Of a stretch of 44,482 nt of DNA, positions 1 to 6,940 are shown piece by piece. The position numbers and the translations under genes are program-made. The notes below the pieces were generated by a model. The model saw only the letters and a list, made by a program, of their open reading frames with translations. It had not been told where the DNA came from and searched no databases. The stretch is from Escherichia phage EcoPhCCP1, in sequence record PQ384582.1; one strand, 5' to 3'. Positions within the stretch are counted from its first letter, which is position 1, and every line of letters begins with the position of its first letter.

Positions 1-111
1 TCCTCTACCTCACCCATATTCGTTGTTACGATTTTACCCACAGGCTCCGCGACACTGAAAACAATCTCAGTCGGTGCTGTCTCTTCTGTAGATTCGACTG
101 GTTTCTCTTTG

Positions 112-265
112 CCTAACCCCAGCTTCGCGGCAGCAAACGTAGCAGAGATACCAGCAGCCCCTGTCTCGGTGAAATATGCCTCTTCCAGCCTAACCCCAGC
201 TTCGCGGCAGCAAACGTAGCAGAGATACCAGCAGCCCCTGTCTCGGTGAAATATGCCTCTTCCAG
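112..265. repeat. perfect 77-bp tandem direct repeat, two copies (112-188 and 189-265)
   Basis: Read directly: both copies are cctaaccccagcttcgcggcagcaaacgtagcagagataccagcagcccctgtctcggtgaaatatgcctcttccag; phase ambiguous by 1 nt. Confidence 0.95.
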
Positions 266-619
266 CGCCTGCGCCGTTTCCCAGGCTTCTGCAAATGCGG
301 GAATCTCGCGCAGCCACAGCTTAATAATCGGGATAGTGACGCCAATGTGTAAGGCGAAGCGGGCCAGTGATGGTGGTTTATCCTGAATCAGCGGGCGTTC
401 GTCACCCTTAGACGTGGGCACAAGCTCCCATGACGTGCGGTCGAAGAAACGAATCAATTCGTCGCAATAGTCCGGGTCCCACAACGCGGCGGAATTACGG
501 GATGATTGATAAAGGCTCTGTTTACCGCGCGGTCGTTTACGGCGACGGTTTGCGCTAACAGCTTCTTCATGTGCAGCTTGCACCACCTCTGGTGATGGCT
601 GCTTGAGTTTCAGCTTCAT
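113..619 (-). CDS. terS: terminase small subunit (C-terminus altered by the 77-bp duplication)
   Basis: Small-terminase-like motif pattern (PSLARFALHIGVT...W...AF); AAGGGGA SD 4 nt before ATG 617-619 (track ORF extends to 658); circularly adjacent to terL. Confidence 0.6.
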   Translation of the reverse strand: MKLKLKQPSPEVVQAAHEEAVSANRRRKRPRGKQSLYQSSRNSAALWDPDYCDELIRFFDRTSWELVPTSKGDERPLIQDKPPSLARFALHIGVTIPIIKLWLREIPAFAEAWETAQALEEAYFTETGAAGISATFAAAKLGLGWKRHISPRQGLLVSLLRLLPRSWG

Positions 620-636
620 AGAATCCCCTTGCGTAT

Positions 637-690
637 GCGTCTGACCATCAGAGCGCATCAGACGCGCCCTACGCGTCTAAATGGATTATA
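637..690 (-). promoter_or_regulatory. candidate promoter/leader upstream of terS: TATAAT (690-685) plus two overlapping, mutually exclusive dyads
   Basis: Dyads AGACGCG/CGCGTCT (660-666/672-678) and GCGTCTGA/TCAGACGC (637-644/658-665) share the CGCGTCT arm. Confidence 0.3.
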
Positions 691-711
691 TAAGGGGATT
701 AGGCAGGATGT

Positions 712-736
712 ACAGAAAAGCCCTCCGTAGAGGGCT
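712..736 (-). terminator. rho-independent terminator (minus strand)
   Basis: 7-bp GC stem AGCCCTC/GAGGGCT (719-725/730-736), loop CGTA, followed on minus strand by TTTCTGT. Confidence 0.5.
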
Positions 737-898
737 TGTGGTGTGACTATTCGGTTATATCGCCGCCGTCTACCAGTGCGATTGGTATTCTCACTTCTCC
801 GTTGAATGTTTCTGCGCACCAGAACTTCTCACACTGCGTTACACTGAAAACATCGAGTTCTGACGTAGCGCCTGTTTTCCAGTAGACAGTTAACTTTT

Positions 899-1159
899 TC
901 ACTCCTCACTCTCCTCTTTAGCAATGCGTTGCTCAGTTTTAGTGATACCGCGGCGAGTGAATAACACCGGGCTTGTCTTAACATGCGTCATAAGACGGTT
1001 GTTATAAATTACGTGGCGCTCGCAGTTAACGTCTTTGCGGTACTTTGCAATCGTCATTTCGTTGATGCCGGTTTGTCGGCATGTCTCAGCCATCGTGCCG
1101 TATTCTTTAATCAGGTTCGGAATGCTGGTAATCATCCTAAGAAATTCCTCGTTGTCCAC
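899..1159 (-). CDS. small HTH DNA-binding protein (hypothetical)
   Basis: ORF track; HTH-like segment AETCRQTGINEMTIAKYRK; start is non-ATG or the internal Met. Confidence 0.4.
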   Translation of the reverse strand: MDNEEFLRMITSIPNLIKEYGTMAETCRQTGINEMTIAKYRKDVNCERHVIYNNRLMTHVKTSPVLFTRRGITKTEQRIAKEESEE

Positions 1160-1317
1160 ATCGCATTCGGATATTTGTTATCACGGTCCTGCACTACGGC
1201 AATCATGTTTCCTCGTTGCACCAGGCAGAAATGCCGTTGTTGCTCGCCGTTGTATCGACGCCAGATTGCTTCTTCTATTGCGGCGTTGATGTCACTGAAC
1301 ATTAATATATACCCCAC
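1132..1317 (-). CDS. hypothetical protein
   Basis: ORF track; co-directional tiling with neighbours; GTG start, possible internal ATG at 1302. Confidence 0.3.
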   Translation of the reverse strand: MGYILMFSDINAAIEEAIWRRYNGEQQRHFCLVQRGNMIAVVQDRDNKYPNAMWTTRNFLG

Positions 1318-1389
1318 AGAAATCCAACCAATAACCCAATGAAGTAACTAAGACCGACCAGACCAATAACCACCTCAAGACTCATACTC

Positions 1390-1584
1390 TCACCCCACTA
1401 TCTCATCACCAAGCCACGCCGTTTCTCGTATATCGTCAACCACACAGGCGGCGTGTTCGCGGCTAATTGCAAAAATGTAGAAGCTGAACTTCTTCCCGTC
1501 GGCGTCGATGTGGTTAACCGAGTAAGGTTTCCACAGGACGCCATCAATAACTACCGGCTTAGGCGACTCCATACGCTTTACCAC
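1390..1584 (-). CDS. hypothetical protein
   Basis: ORF track; tiles with flanking minus-strand ORFs. Confidence 0.4.
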   Translation of the reverse strand: MVKRMESPKPVVIDGVLWKPYSVNHIDADGKKFSFYIFAISREHAACVVDDIRETAWLGDEIVG

Positions 1585-1804
1585 ATTTAACGCATGTCAC
1601 TCGATGTTCCCCATCAAAATGTATGTAGTAGTCGTGCTCGCAAGGCTTTTCATCCGCTTTCAACTTATCAAGAAGCAACTTAAACGCCTCCAGTTGAAAC
1701 TCACCGTTGATAGACAGTTGCCCGCCTAACGTCTGTTTCTCCGACTCAAGCACCAGAATACGGCGCTCGAGTGATGCGATTGTGATTTTAGGCATTGCCA
1801 TCAC
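1559..1804 (-). CDS. hypothetical protein with C-terminal zinc-ribbon-like tail
   Basis: C-terminus CEHDYYIHFDGEHRVTCVKCG matches the CxH...CxKCG tail seen in two other ORFs. Confidence 0.45.
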   Translation of the reverse strand: MMAMPKITIASLERRILVLESEKQTLGGQLSINGEFQLEAFKLLLDKLKADEKPCEHDYYIHFDGEHRVTCVKCGKAYGVA

Positions 1805-1991
1805 CTTTGTTCAGGTTAAATCGGTTAATCAGTTCACGGCGGCGTTCCATAAGGATGTCTACTTGCCGTAGGTAGCGCTCGATGTTGGCGTCAATCCACG
1901 CTATTTCAGATTCACCAGTAGCGGATTCGACGCTAAGTTTCTCGTATTCGTTGTTGGTCATTTTGTTTCCCCAGTGGCTTTTTGCACGCAA
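1788..1991 (-). CDS. hypothetical protein
   Basis: ORF track; overlaps neighbours by a few codons as in a coupled operon. Confidence 0.4.
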   Translation of the reverse strand: MRAKSHWGNKMTNNEYEKLSVESATGESEIAWIDANIERYLRQVDILMERRRELINRFNLNKGDGNA

Positions 1992-2137
1992 ATAGCATCG
2001 AAACCGCTATAATTTCTATTGAAAATTGCACTTATGCTTTTAGCCGCAGTTTCACACGCATCATGATTAGAAAACTCAGCCGTTGTTACCGCCGGCCCTT
2101 GATATGAGGCAACAATGATAAATAGAATCCATGTCAT
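1958..2137 (-). CDS. small protein with N-terminal signal/TM segment
   Basis: Start taken at ATG 2135-2137 (MTWILFIIVASYQ...), ATGA overlap with upstream ORF; paralog of 4354..4572. Confidence 0.45.
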   Translation of the reverse strand: MTWILFIIVASYQGPAVTTAEFSNHDACETAAKSISAIFNRNYSGFDAICVQKATGETK

Positions 2138-2289
2138 TTCTTCTCTCCCCACATGCGATTGAGATACCTGTTCTTGTCCGGCCCCTGGAAACTGTTACGT
2201 TTCATCAGTTCCTCGCGTGTCGGGAACGGGGTGTGACTGACTTTACGGCCTACGCGTAATGGTTGGCTTACTTGACCTTGTTCGCTCAT
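2134..2289 (-). CDS. hypothetical protein (51 aa, below ORF-track cutoff)
   Basis: Translated by hand: MSEQGQVSQPLRVGRKVSHTPFP...; AGGAGA SD 6 nt upstream; ATGA overlaps at both ends. Confidence 0.4.
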   Translation of the reverse strand: MSEQGQVSQPLRVGRKVSHTPFPTREELMKRNSFQGPDKNRYLNRMWGEKK

Positions 2290-2435
2290 TTCTTCTCTCC
2301 TGCATAAGCTGCTTTCAGTGCCTGCATCGCCGCGGACCAGAACGCGTCCGCAGGAATGCTTCCGCCTAGGTTACTAACGGCAATGCGTACCATCAGTTGT
2401 GCGTCTTCGAATGCTTCGATATCTGTGATTTTCAT
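2286..2435 (-). CDS. hypothetical protein (49 aa, below ORF-track cutoff)
   Basis: Translated by hand: MKITDIEAFEDAQLMVRIAVSNLGG...; stop/start ATGA overlaps with both neighbours. Confidence 0.35.
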   Translation of the reverse strand: MKITDIEAFEDAQLMVRIAVSNLGGSIPADAFWSAAMQALKAAYAGEKK

Positions 2436-2620
2436 TTAACATCTCCATAAAACGCCATAACCTGCTCAACAATAATCTCAAAATCGTCCAGGCTCACATT
2501 AACATTAGCCCATTCGTCACTATCACCGTCGGTGCAAGTTATAAGTAATGAACCATCCCTGCACTTCTCTATCTCCATGAAATCACCCCAGTCATCGGTA
2601 TGTTTAATCTTAGTCATCAT
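2432..2620 (-). CDS. hypothetical acidic protein
   Basis: ORF track; first gene after promoter 2655-2683; GGAG-type SD upstream. Confidence 0.45.
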   Translation of the reverse strand: MMTKIKHTDDWGDFMEIEKCRDGSLLITCTDGDSDEWANVNVSLDDFEIIVEQVMAFYGDVK

Positions 2621-2654
2621 TTCTCTCTACTCCGTTCTCGTTGTCAATGGAGTA

Positions 2655-2683
2655 AATATAATAGGGTCGATGGTAATAGTCAA
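2655..2683 (-). promoter_or_regulatory. sigma70-like promoter TTGACT-N17-TATATT (minus strand)
   Basis: -35 at 2683-2678 and -10 at 2660-2655 on the minus strand, immediately after terminator 2705-2737. Confidence 0.45.
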
Positions 2684-2704
2684 CTAGTCATTACAGAAAA
2701 TAGA

Positions 2705-2737
2705 TAAAAAAAAATCCCGGCTGGGTCAGGGCCGGGA
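2705..2737 (-). terminator. rho-independent terminator ending the lysis cassette
   Basis: Stem TCCCGGC/GCCGGGA (2715-2721/2731-2737) followed on minus strand by a run of 9 T. Confidence 0.7.
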
Positions 2738-2922
2738 TAAAACTGGAGAGCAGAGGGATGGAACAGGAGGTGATTTAAGTATCGTCGGATTAGTCTTAGG
2801 TGTCAACAGAGATTCTCCGGCACGCGTTACCGCACTTTGGCCCGACCTTGTTACAGGTCCGCGAGGGTGATGATACCCGGAGTGCCCTCAATGTTGTTTA
2901 ATCTTCTGTTGCCGTTAGTCTA

Positions 2923-3411
2923 TCAACCTTTAACCGCGCGTCCAATAGCCTCCGCCTCCTGCCACGGTTTGCCGTCGAACAGCGCCAGACGTCCTGCTGT
3001 ACGGCGACGCAGGCCGAGTAATGGCTTGCCATTCTGGTTGATGAACAACGCCAGCTTAGCCCGCAGCGTCGCAATATCGCCAGAACGCAGCGCCTTGCCC
3101 GTGCCAGTAGTAGCCGCAATCACGCCAGCACCCGCGTTATAGACCAGGTCACACACTGCATCGAACTGCGCCTGTGTCAATGAATAGTGTGCTGCCGCAT
3201 CAACCGCAGCTACAGCCTTAGCCATATCGCGATTCAGTAACAGCAAGCCTTGTCCAGGGGTGATGGTCTTACCCGGTGTTACGTCTGGACCGTAATGCCC
3301 GTAGCCTATGGTAAGGTACTTCTCGTTTGATGTAGCGCGGTACGCAGTTCCGCGGAATCCCTCAAACGCGGCACAGAAATGCAATCCATTATCTGAAATG
3401 TTTCGAGACAC
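2923..3411 (-). CDS. endolysin (GH24 T4-type lysozyme)
   Basis: Lysozyme motif FEGFRGTAYR...TIGYGH near the N-terminus; adjacent to holin-like genes. Confidence 0.8.
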   Translation of the reverse strand: MSRNISDNGLHFCAAFEGFRGTAYRATSNEKYLTIGYGHYGPDVTPGKTITPGQGLLLLNRDMAKAVAAVDAAAHYSLTQAQFDAVCDLVYNAGAGVIAATTGTGKALRSGDIATLRAKLALFINQNGKPLLGLRRRTAGRLALFDGKPWQEAEAIGRAVKG

Positions 3412-3661
3412 GCTTATGCCCTCCGTATGACAACCACGCCTGGCGAATCTGACGCAGCGCGACTAATGTGATTAACGTCTCAGGCAGCGTCGGCGACACG
3501 CTGCCCTGTAACAGGTGGATACATCCGGCGGCGCAGACGATAGCGGTCAGGATATAGAGCACCCGACCAAATAGCCCGTCGTCCACGCTGGAGTGGTATA
3601 CGTTAAACAGCGATGTGCCCCCGATTGCGAGCATACCGCCAAACCAGAATAACTCATTCAT
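3389..3661 (-). CDS. lysis-associated membrane protein (holin/antiholin-like)
   Basis: Start at internal ATG 3659-3661 (MNELFWFGG...) with GAGG SD; two hydrophobic segments; ATGAATGA junction with upstream gene. Confidence 0.45.
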   Translation of the reverse strand: MNELFWFGGMLAIGGTSLFNVYHSSVDDGLFGRVLYILTAIVCAAGCIHLLQGSVSPTLPETLITLVALRQIRQAWLSYGGHKRVSKHFR

Positions 3662-3962
3662 TGCCACCTCCGCGACGTGCGATGTATTCTCCGGCGACAA
3701 TGCCAGAGAGACGGGAATAAATCGGCATCCAGAGAATAGCAATGATGAACCCAAGGCCCGCTATTTCGCGTTCACCCGCGATACCGAACCATTGAGCGGC
3801 AAGAGGCGCGCCAAATACGGCGCACGCAAAGCCAGTGGCGAGAAAACATAGAGCATCGACAGGGCCGGTAATAGTGGCTTTATGTTGCCGTAGCCCGATT
3901 ACCCCGCCAGCTAGTGCGGCAGCCAGAAGCCAGCCTGTCACAGTTTCAGTAAATTTATCCAA
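3654..3962 (-). CDS. holin (three predicted TM segments)
   Basis: Three hydrophobic segments and a charged C-terminus; start proposed at TTG 3960-3962, 6 nt after GGAGGA (track ORF extends to 4094). Confidence 0.55.
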   Translation of the reverse strand: MDKFTETVTGWLLAAALAGGVIGLRQHKATITGPVDALCFLATGFACAVFGAPLAAQWFGIAGEREIAGLGFIIAILWMPIYSRLSGIVAGEYIARRGGGNE

Positions 3963-4014
3963 GATGAATCCTCCAGGTGCGTATTTAGTATGCTGTACCC
4001 GGAGGATACCACGG

Positions 4015-4182
4015 TTAGGAATTATCCGAATATCTCTTATTCCAATATTCAGCCAGTCGTTGCGCCGGTGTCTTCCGGCGCTCATGTAATTCAAGGTACG
4101 TCGGATGCGCGTTGAAATGTCTTTTACGTGGTGACAGCGGCGCTTTGCCGCTGTGTTTCAGGATGTCAGTTGCAAGTGTCAT
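4015..4182 (-). CDS. small basic protein (hypothetical)
   Basis: Start at internal ATG 4180-4182 (MTLATDIL...), ATGA overlap with upstream micro-ORF. Confidence 0.35.
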   Translation of the reverse strand: MTLATDILKHSGKAPLSPRKRHFNAHPTYLELHERRKTPAQRLAEYWNKRYSDNS

Positions 4183-4352
4183 TCCACCCCTTCCACATGT
4201 GTAACTGACCCACAGTTTGCGCACTCGACGTAATCCGGGAACTGGTCTTTGTATTTCTGTAACTCGGCTTCGAGTTTCACGTAGTCTTCGTACTCTACAA
4301 ATACTCCTACGTCATCAGGTTCTCTCGTATAATAGTTATATCTCTGTACCAT
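4179..4352 (-). CDS. hypothetical protein (57 aa, below ORF-track cutoff)
   Basis: Translated by hand: MVQRYNYYTREPDD...YVECANCGSVTHVEGVE; AGGAGA SD upstream. Confidence 0.4.
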   Translation of the reverse strand: MVQRYNYYTREPDDVGVFVEYEDYVKLEAELQKYKDQFPDYVECANCGSVTHVEGVE

Positions 4353-4353
4353 C

Positions 4354-4572
4354 TTATTTCTCCTGCTTAGCTAATCGTTTCGTTGAACATGTTGCGCGCA
4401 CCTCGGTATCAATTGGCTTATCCTGAAACAGGAAGTGCGTATTCTCTGCGTTGCGTGCCGCAGCCTGGCACGCCTCCATCGAATAAAACGTTTCGGATGC
4501 CGCCAGTTGCATCTGGCCTGCGGTCAACACCCAGATAAATAAGATGCTGGTCATTCGGTTATCCATCCACAT
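4354..4572 (-). CDS. small protein with N-terminal signal/TM segment
   Basis: MTSILFIWVLTAGQ...ACQAAA resembles MTWILFIIVASYQ...ACETAA of 1958..2137; start ambiguous. Confidence 0.45.
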   Translation of the reverse strand: MWMDNRMTSILFIWVLTAGQMQLAASETFYSMEACQAAARNAENTHFLFQDKPIDTEVRATCSTKRLAKQEK

Positions 4573-5024
4573 TTAATACAATGACGGTGTGCCCCGCTTT
4601 CAGGGTATATGTATTCAAAGTCGTGGCAGCACTCCTGCACATCTTCCTTACGGCAACCAGATTGCTCAGTGTTGGCTTCGCTTTTCCCAAGCGCGGCTAA
4701 CATCGAGTCATAAAACGCAACCTTAAGGATATTAAATTGCGCACCGTTAATAGGGCCTTTAGCCACTAAAGCATCATGTAATTTCCACGCGGCAGAGTTA
4801 ACGCTAGGACTCGCCTTAGATGGAATAGAAACACCTTTCTGCAACTCCTTAATCTGCGCCGAAGCATCACGTAACTGATTCTTGAGTGACAACACCTCGT
4901 GCGCCAGGTCTTCGCACTGTTGCTTGTATGGGTTGTTAGTTAACTGCTGCCGTAGTTGGTTAAGCAGGAACTCGATTACTTCGTTTTTGTTACTCATATT
5001 ATGTACTCCACCTTTTCTCCGCAT
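4551..5024 (-). CDS. coiled-coil protein with C-terminal zinc-ribbon-like tail
   Basis: C-terminus CHDFEYIYPESGAHRHCIKCG; likely start at internal MSNKNEV. Confidence 0.45.
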   Translation of the reverse strand: MRRKGGVHNMSNKNEVIEFLLNQLRQQLTNNPYKQQCEDLAHEVLSLKNQLRDASAQIKELQKGVSIPSKASPSVNSAAWKLHDALVAKGPINGAQFNILKVAFYDSMLAALGKSEANTEQSGCRKEDVQECCHDFEYIYPESGAHRHCIKCGWITE

Positions 5025-5305
5025 TTACTACACGTATACAGCTTGCCGGTTGTATGCTCTGCAAAGTCGACAATCACCCGATGCTCACATTCTTCCACTT
5101 CCGGGGGTTCCGGAATCTCCATCGGCATCCAGTGTGTCGCGTCTTTTATGACAAACTGGCATTCATCGTCGGAGAACCCTTTTTGACTCCGCGAGTACGC
5201 GACACCGTGAACTACGCCGTGTGTAGGCGAGAACACCCATAAATCATAATCGTACTCTTCTGGTAATTTCTCGGAGCATTTAACCCACGCACCATTAGTA
5301 TTCAT
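4994..5305 (-). CDS. DUF551-like protein with C-terminal zinc-ribbon-like tail
   Basis: N-terminal W.KCSEKLP...HWMPMEIPEPPEV (DUF551-like) and C-terminal CEHRVIVDFAEHTTGKLYTCSKCG. Confidence 0.5.
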   Translation of the reverse strand: MNTNGAWVKCSEKLPEEYDYDLWVFSPTHGVVHGVAYSRSQKGFSDDECQFVIKDATHWMPMEIPEPPEVEECEHRVIVDFAEHTTGKLYTCSKCGEKVEYII

Positions 5306-5423
5306 ATTCTTCGCTCACCCCGTTATAGACGCCGTTGTAATCTCCGTCGCAGATGAACGGGTAGAGCATATCTTCGTACTCGTCCTGCAACTCGCCTAAA
5401 GTTACTTCGCTATAATCTTTCAT
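5295..5423 (-). CDS. hypothetical acidic protein (42 aa, below cutoff)
   Basis: Translated by hand: MKDYSEVTLGELQDEYEDMLYPFICDGDYNGVYNGVSEEYEY; AGAGGAGAG SD; first ORF after promoter 5454-5482. Confidence 0.4.
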   Translation of the reverse strand: MKDYSEVTLGELQDEYEDMLYPFICDGDYNGVYNGVSEEYEY

Positions 5424-5453
5424 CTCTGTCTCTCCTCTCGTTTGTGTAAATGA

Positions 5454-5482
5454 ATAGTAGCCTATTCTATCTTAGTGTGCAA
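5454..5482 (-). promoter_or_regulatory. phage promoter family member TTGCAC-N17-TACTAT (minus strand)
   Basis: Same architecture as 6830-6858, 29301-29329 and 39188-39216. Confidence 0.5.
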
Positions 5483-5489
5483 GTAAATT

Positions 5490-5660
5490 TTATTGGTGTT
5501 TTAAAGATAATCGTTCACTGCGAATCCAGTAGTACCTCGGGCGTCGTGCCCACTGACGCCATCGCATAACACGGTACTTGTTGCCGTCTGACGCAACAAT
5601 AAGCCCGAATCGCTTTTCTCCGTTTCTACCAGTCCAGGTTACGATGTCATTCAGTTTCAT
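5490..5660 (-). CDS. hypothetical basic protein (56 aa, below cutoff)
   Basis: Translated by hand: MKLNDIVTWTGRNGEKRFGLIVASDGNKYRVMRWRQW...; GGAG upstream. Confidence 0.3.
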   Translation of the reverse strand: MKLNDIVTWTGRNGEKRFGLIVASDGNKYRVMRWRQWARRPRYYWIRSERLSLKHQ

Positions 5661-5794
5661 TGTCGCATCTCCCGCAATAGTCGCTTCGATTGTTTCGTTT
5701 GGTGGAAGTGTCGCTTTTTGACGACACTAATCTAAAGTTGTACGCTGCTGTGTAGCAGCGTAAGTCACTCAGTAAAATCCCAAACTATTGAACA

Positions 5795-6004
5795 TCACAC
5801 TTCCGGCGGCTCGGGTAACGGCATCCAGTGCGTGGGTTTCCACGAAGCCCCAGGAATTAGCCACCCATCATCAGCGTCAGGATGACCGGGGATATAAGTA
5901 GCCCACTTCATCCGCCAATCGCCTTTATGTCCAAACTCTGTAGCTACAAGAACGCCTGTCATTTTCGGCGGCATCCGCTCACTACACTTAATCCACTTAC
6001 ACAT
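5795..6004 (-). CDS. DUF551-like protein
   Basis: MCKWIKCSERMPP...PTHWMPLPEPPEV parallels the N-terminus of 4994..5305. Confidence 0.5.
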   Translation of the reverse strand: MCKWIKCSERMPPKMTGVLVATEFGHKGDWRMKWATYIPGHPDADDGWLIPGASWKPTHWMPLPEPPEV

Positions 6005-6173
6005 ATCTCACACCTCTTTCAATCAAGGATTGCACACCAGCTTTCCACGCCCGCCACGCGAGACGCGTCTTAACGTTCAGGTACTCTTTCTTTGAACCCT
6101 TGTTAACCTGCAGACCCTCGACGACGGCCCACCGTTCAAATGCTTCTCTCAAAATAAAGGTGCGGCTATTCAT
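5997..6173 (-). CDS. hypothetical protein (58 aa, below cutoff)
   Basis: Translated by hand: MNSRTFILREAFERWAVVEGLQVNKG...; start overlaps the stop of 6166..6411. Confidence 0.3.
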   Translation of the reverse strand: MNSRTFILREAFERWAVVEGLQVNKGSKKEYLNVKTRLAWRAWKAGVQSLIERGVRYV

Positions 6174-6411
6174 AACTAATAACTCCGATAACTTTAGATT
6201 TCTCGCGCCGGGTGCAACCGTGTTCGATGTAGTAACGCGCCTGCTTAACGCTTTCGCAACGGGTCAGAGTAACCCACCAGAAAAACCCGACCCGCATCTG
6301 CACGGCAGGTGTAATTCGTTTCTCCCCGAAGGCGGTAACCCACTCTTCGCTAACTATGCGGTATTTACTTAACACGGCAACCTCCCTCAGAGTCGTCGGC
6401 ACGAGCATCAT
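6166..6411 (-). CDS. hypothetical protein
   Basis: ORF track; tiles in minus-strand operon. Confidence 0.4.
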   Translation of the reverse strand: MMLVPTTLREVAVLSKYRIVSEEWVTAFGEKRITPAVQMRVGFFWWVTLTRCESVKQARYYIEHGCTRREKSKVIGVISYE

Positions 6412-6607
6412 GATTCGATGCCGTTGTGTATATTTCCGCTTCGGCCTTAGTTACTGGCACTTTGTAATGCCTGACCTTAATCCACCAGCCACCCTCACAG
6501 GAATCCAGTACATCGAAAATATCACCAATGTTTACGCCTATGTTTTCCAGAGTATCGTTAGTTGTTTCGTAGGTAACGGTGTTATCTGTAATTATGATTT
6601 GCATCAC
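6365..6607 (-). CDS. hypothetical acidic protein
   Basis: ORF track; start likely second Met (6604). Confidence 0.4.
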   Translation of the reverse strand: MMQIIITDNTVTYETTNDTLENIGVNIGDIFDVLDSCEGGWWIKVRHYKVPVTKAEAEIYTTASNHDARADDSEGGCRVK

Positions 6608-6804
6608 TTCTCCCCTTTGAATTTAAAATTGTTGCCAATGAGTTTTATCTCATTTGGCCGGCAATAGTATGCTGTTGATAACCCATCTCCGCATAGAGAA
6701 CGGATGATATAAGCCCCTGGATATACGGTAGACTCTTTTTCAACAACCCCATATATGCTGGCTTTCGTTTTCACCAACTGACCCTTCTTAAACATAACCC
6801 TCAC
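6604..6804 (-). CDS. hypothetical protein
   Basis: ORF track; AGGAG SD 8 nt before internal ATG (MFKKGQ...); first gene after promoter 6830-6858. Confidence 0.45.
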   Translation of the reverse strand: MRVMFKKGQLVKTKASIYGVVEKESTVYPGAYIIRSLCGDGLSTAYYCRPNEIKLIGNNFKFKGEK

Positions 6805-6829
6805 TCCTCTGTCTCGTTTCGATAAGTGA

Positions 6830-6858
6830 ATAGTATCCTATTATGTTGGGGTGTGCAA
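6830..6858 (-). promoter_or_regulatory. phage promoter family member TTGCAC-N17-TACTAT (minus strand)
   Basis: Reverse complement of 6826-6858 matches the 32-bp promoter at 29301 and 39188 with 2 mismatches. Confidence 0.55.
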
Positions 6859-6904
6859 GAGATTAGTTACGTTGCCGTTGTGATTCTTTCGTGTAATAGG
6901 ATAG

Positions 6905-6940
6905 CGAGCGAAACGAAACGAACGTGGTGCCGAAGGCACC
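6905..6940 (-). terminator. terminator-like hairpin (minus strand) ending repeat element copy 1
   Basis: GGUGC-C(UUCG)G-GCACC hairpin on the minus-strand RNA, followed by ACGUUCGUUUCGUUUCG. Confidence 0.35.

Noticed and set aside
112-265. 77-bp repeat as a CRISPR array or attachment-site duplication
   Set aside because: Only two directly abutting copies with no spacers and no cas or integrase genes; it lies inside terS coding sequence.
983-1342. Plus-strand ORFs of 119 and 84 aa
   Set aside because: Antisense to a tiled set of minus-strand genes; no SD.
2738-2922. 185-bp gap between the endolysin stop and the terminator as a possible small gene or sRNA
   Set aside because: No ORF with a start codon and SD on the minus strand and no conserved repeat or strong hairpin; treated as an untranslated 3' region.
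2837-3142. 101-aa plus-strand ORF
   Set aside because: Antisense to the endolysin gene; Arg/Pro-rich junk-like translation.
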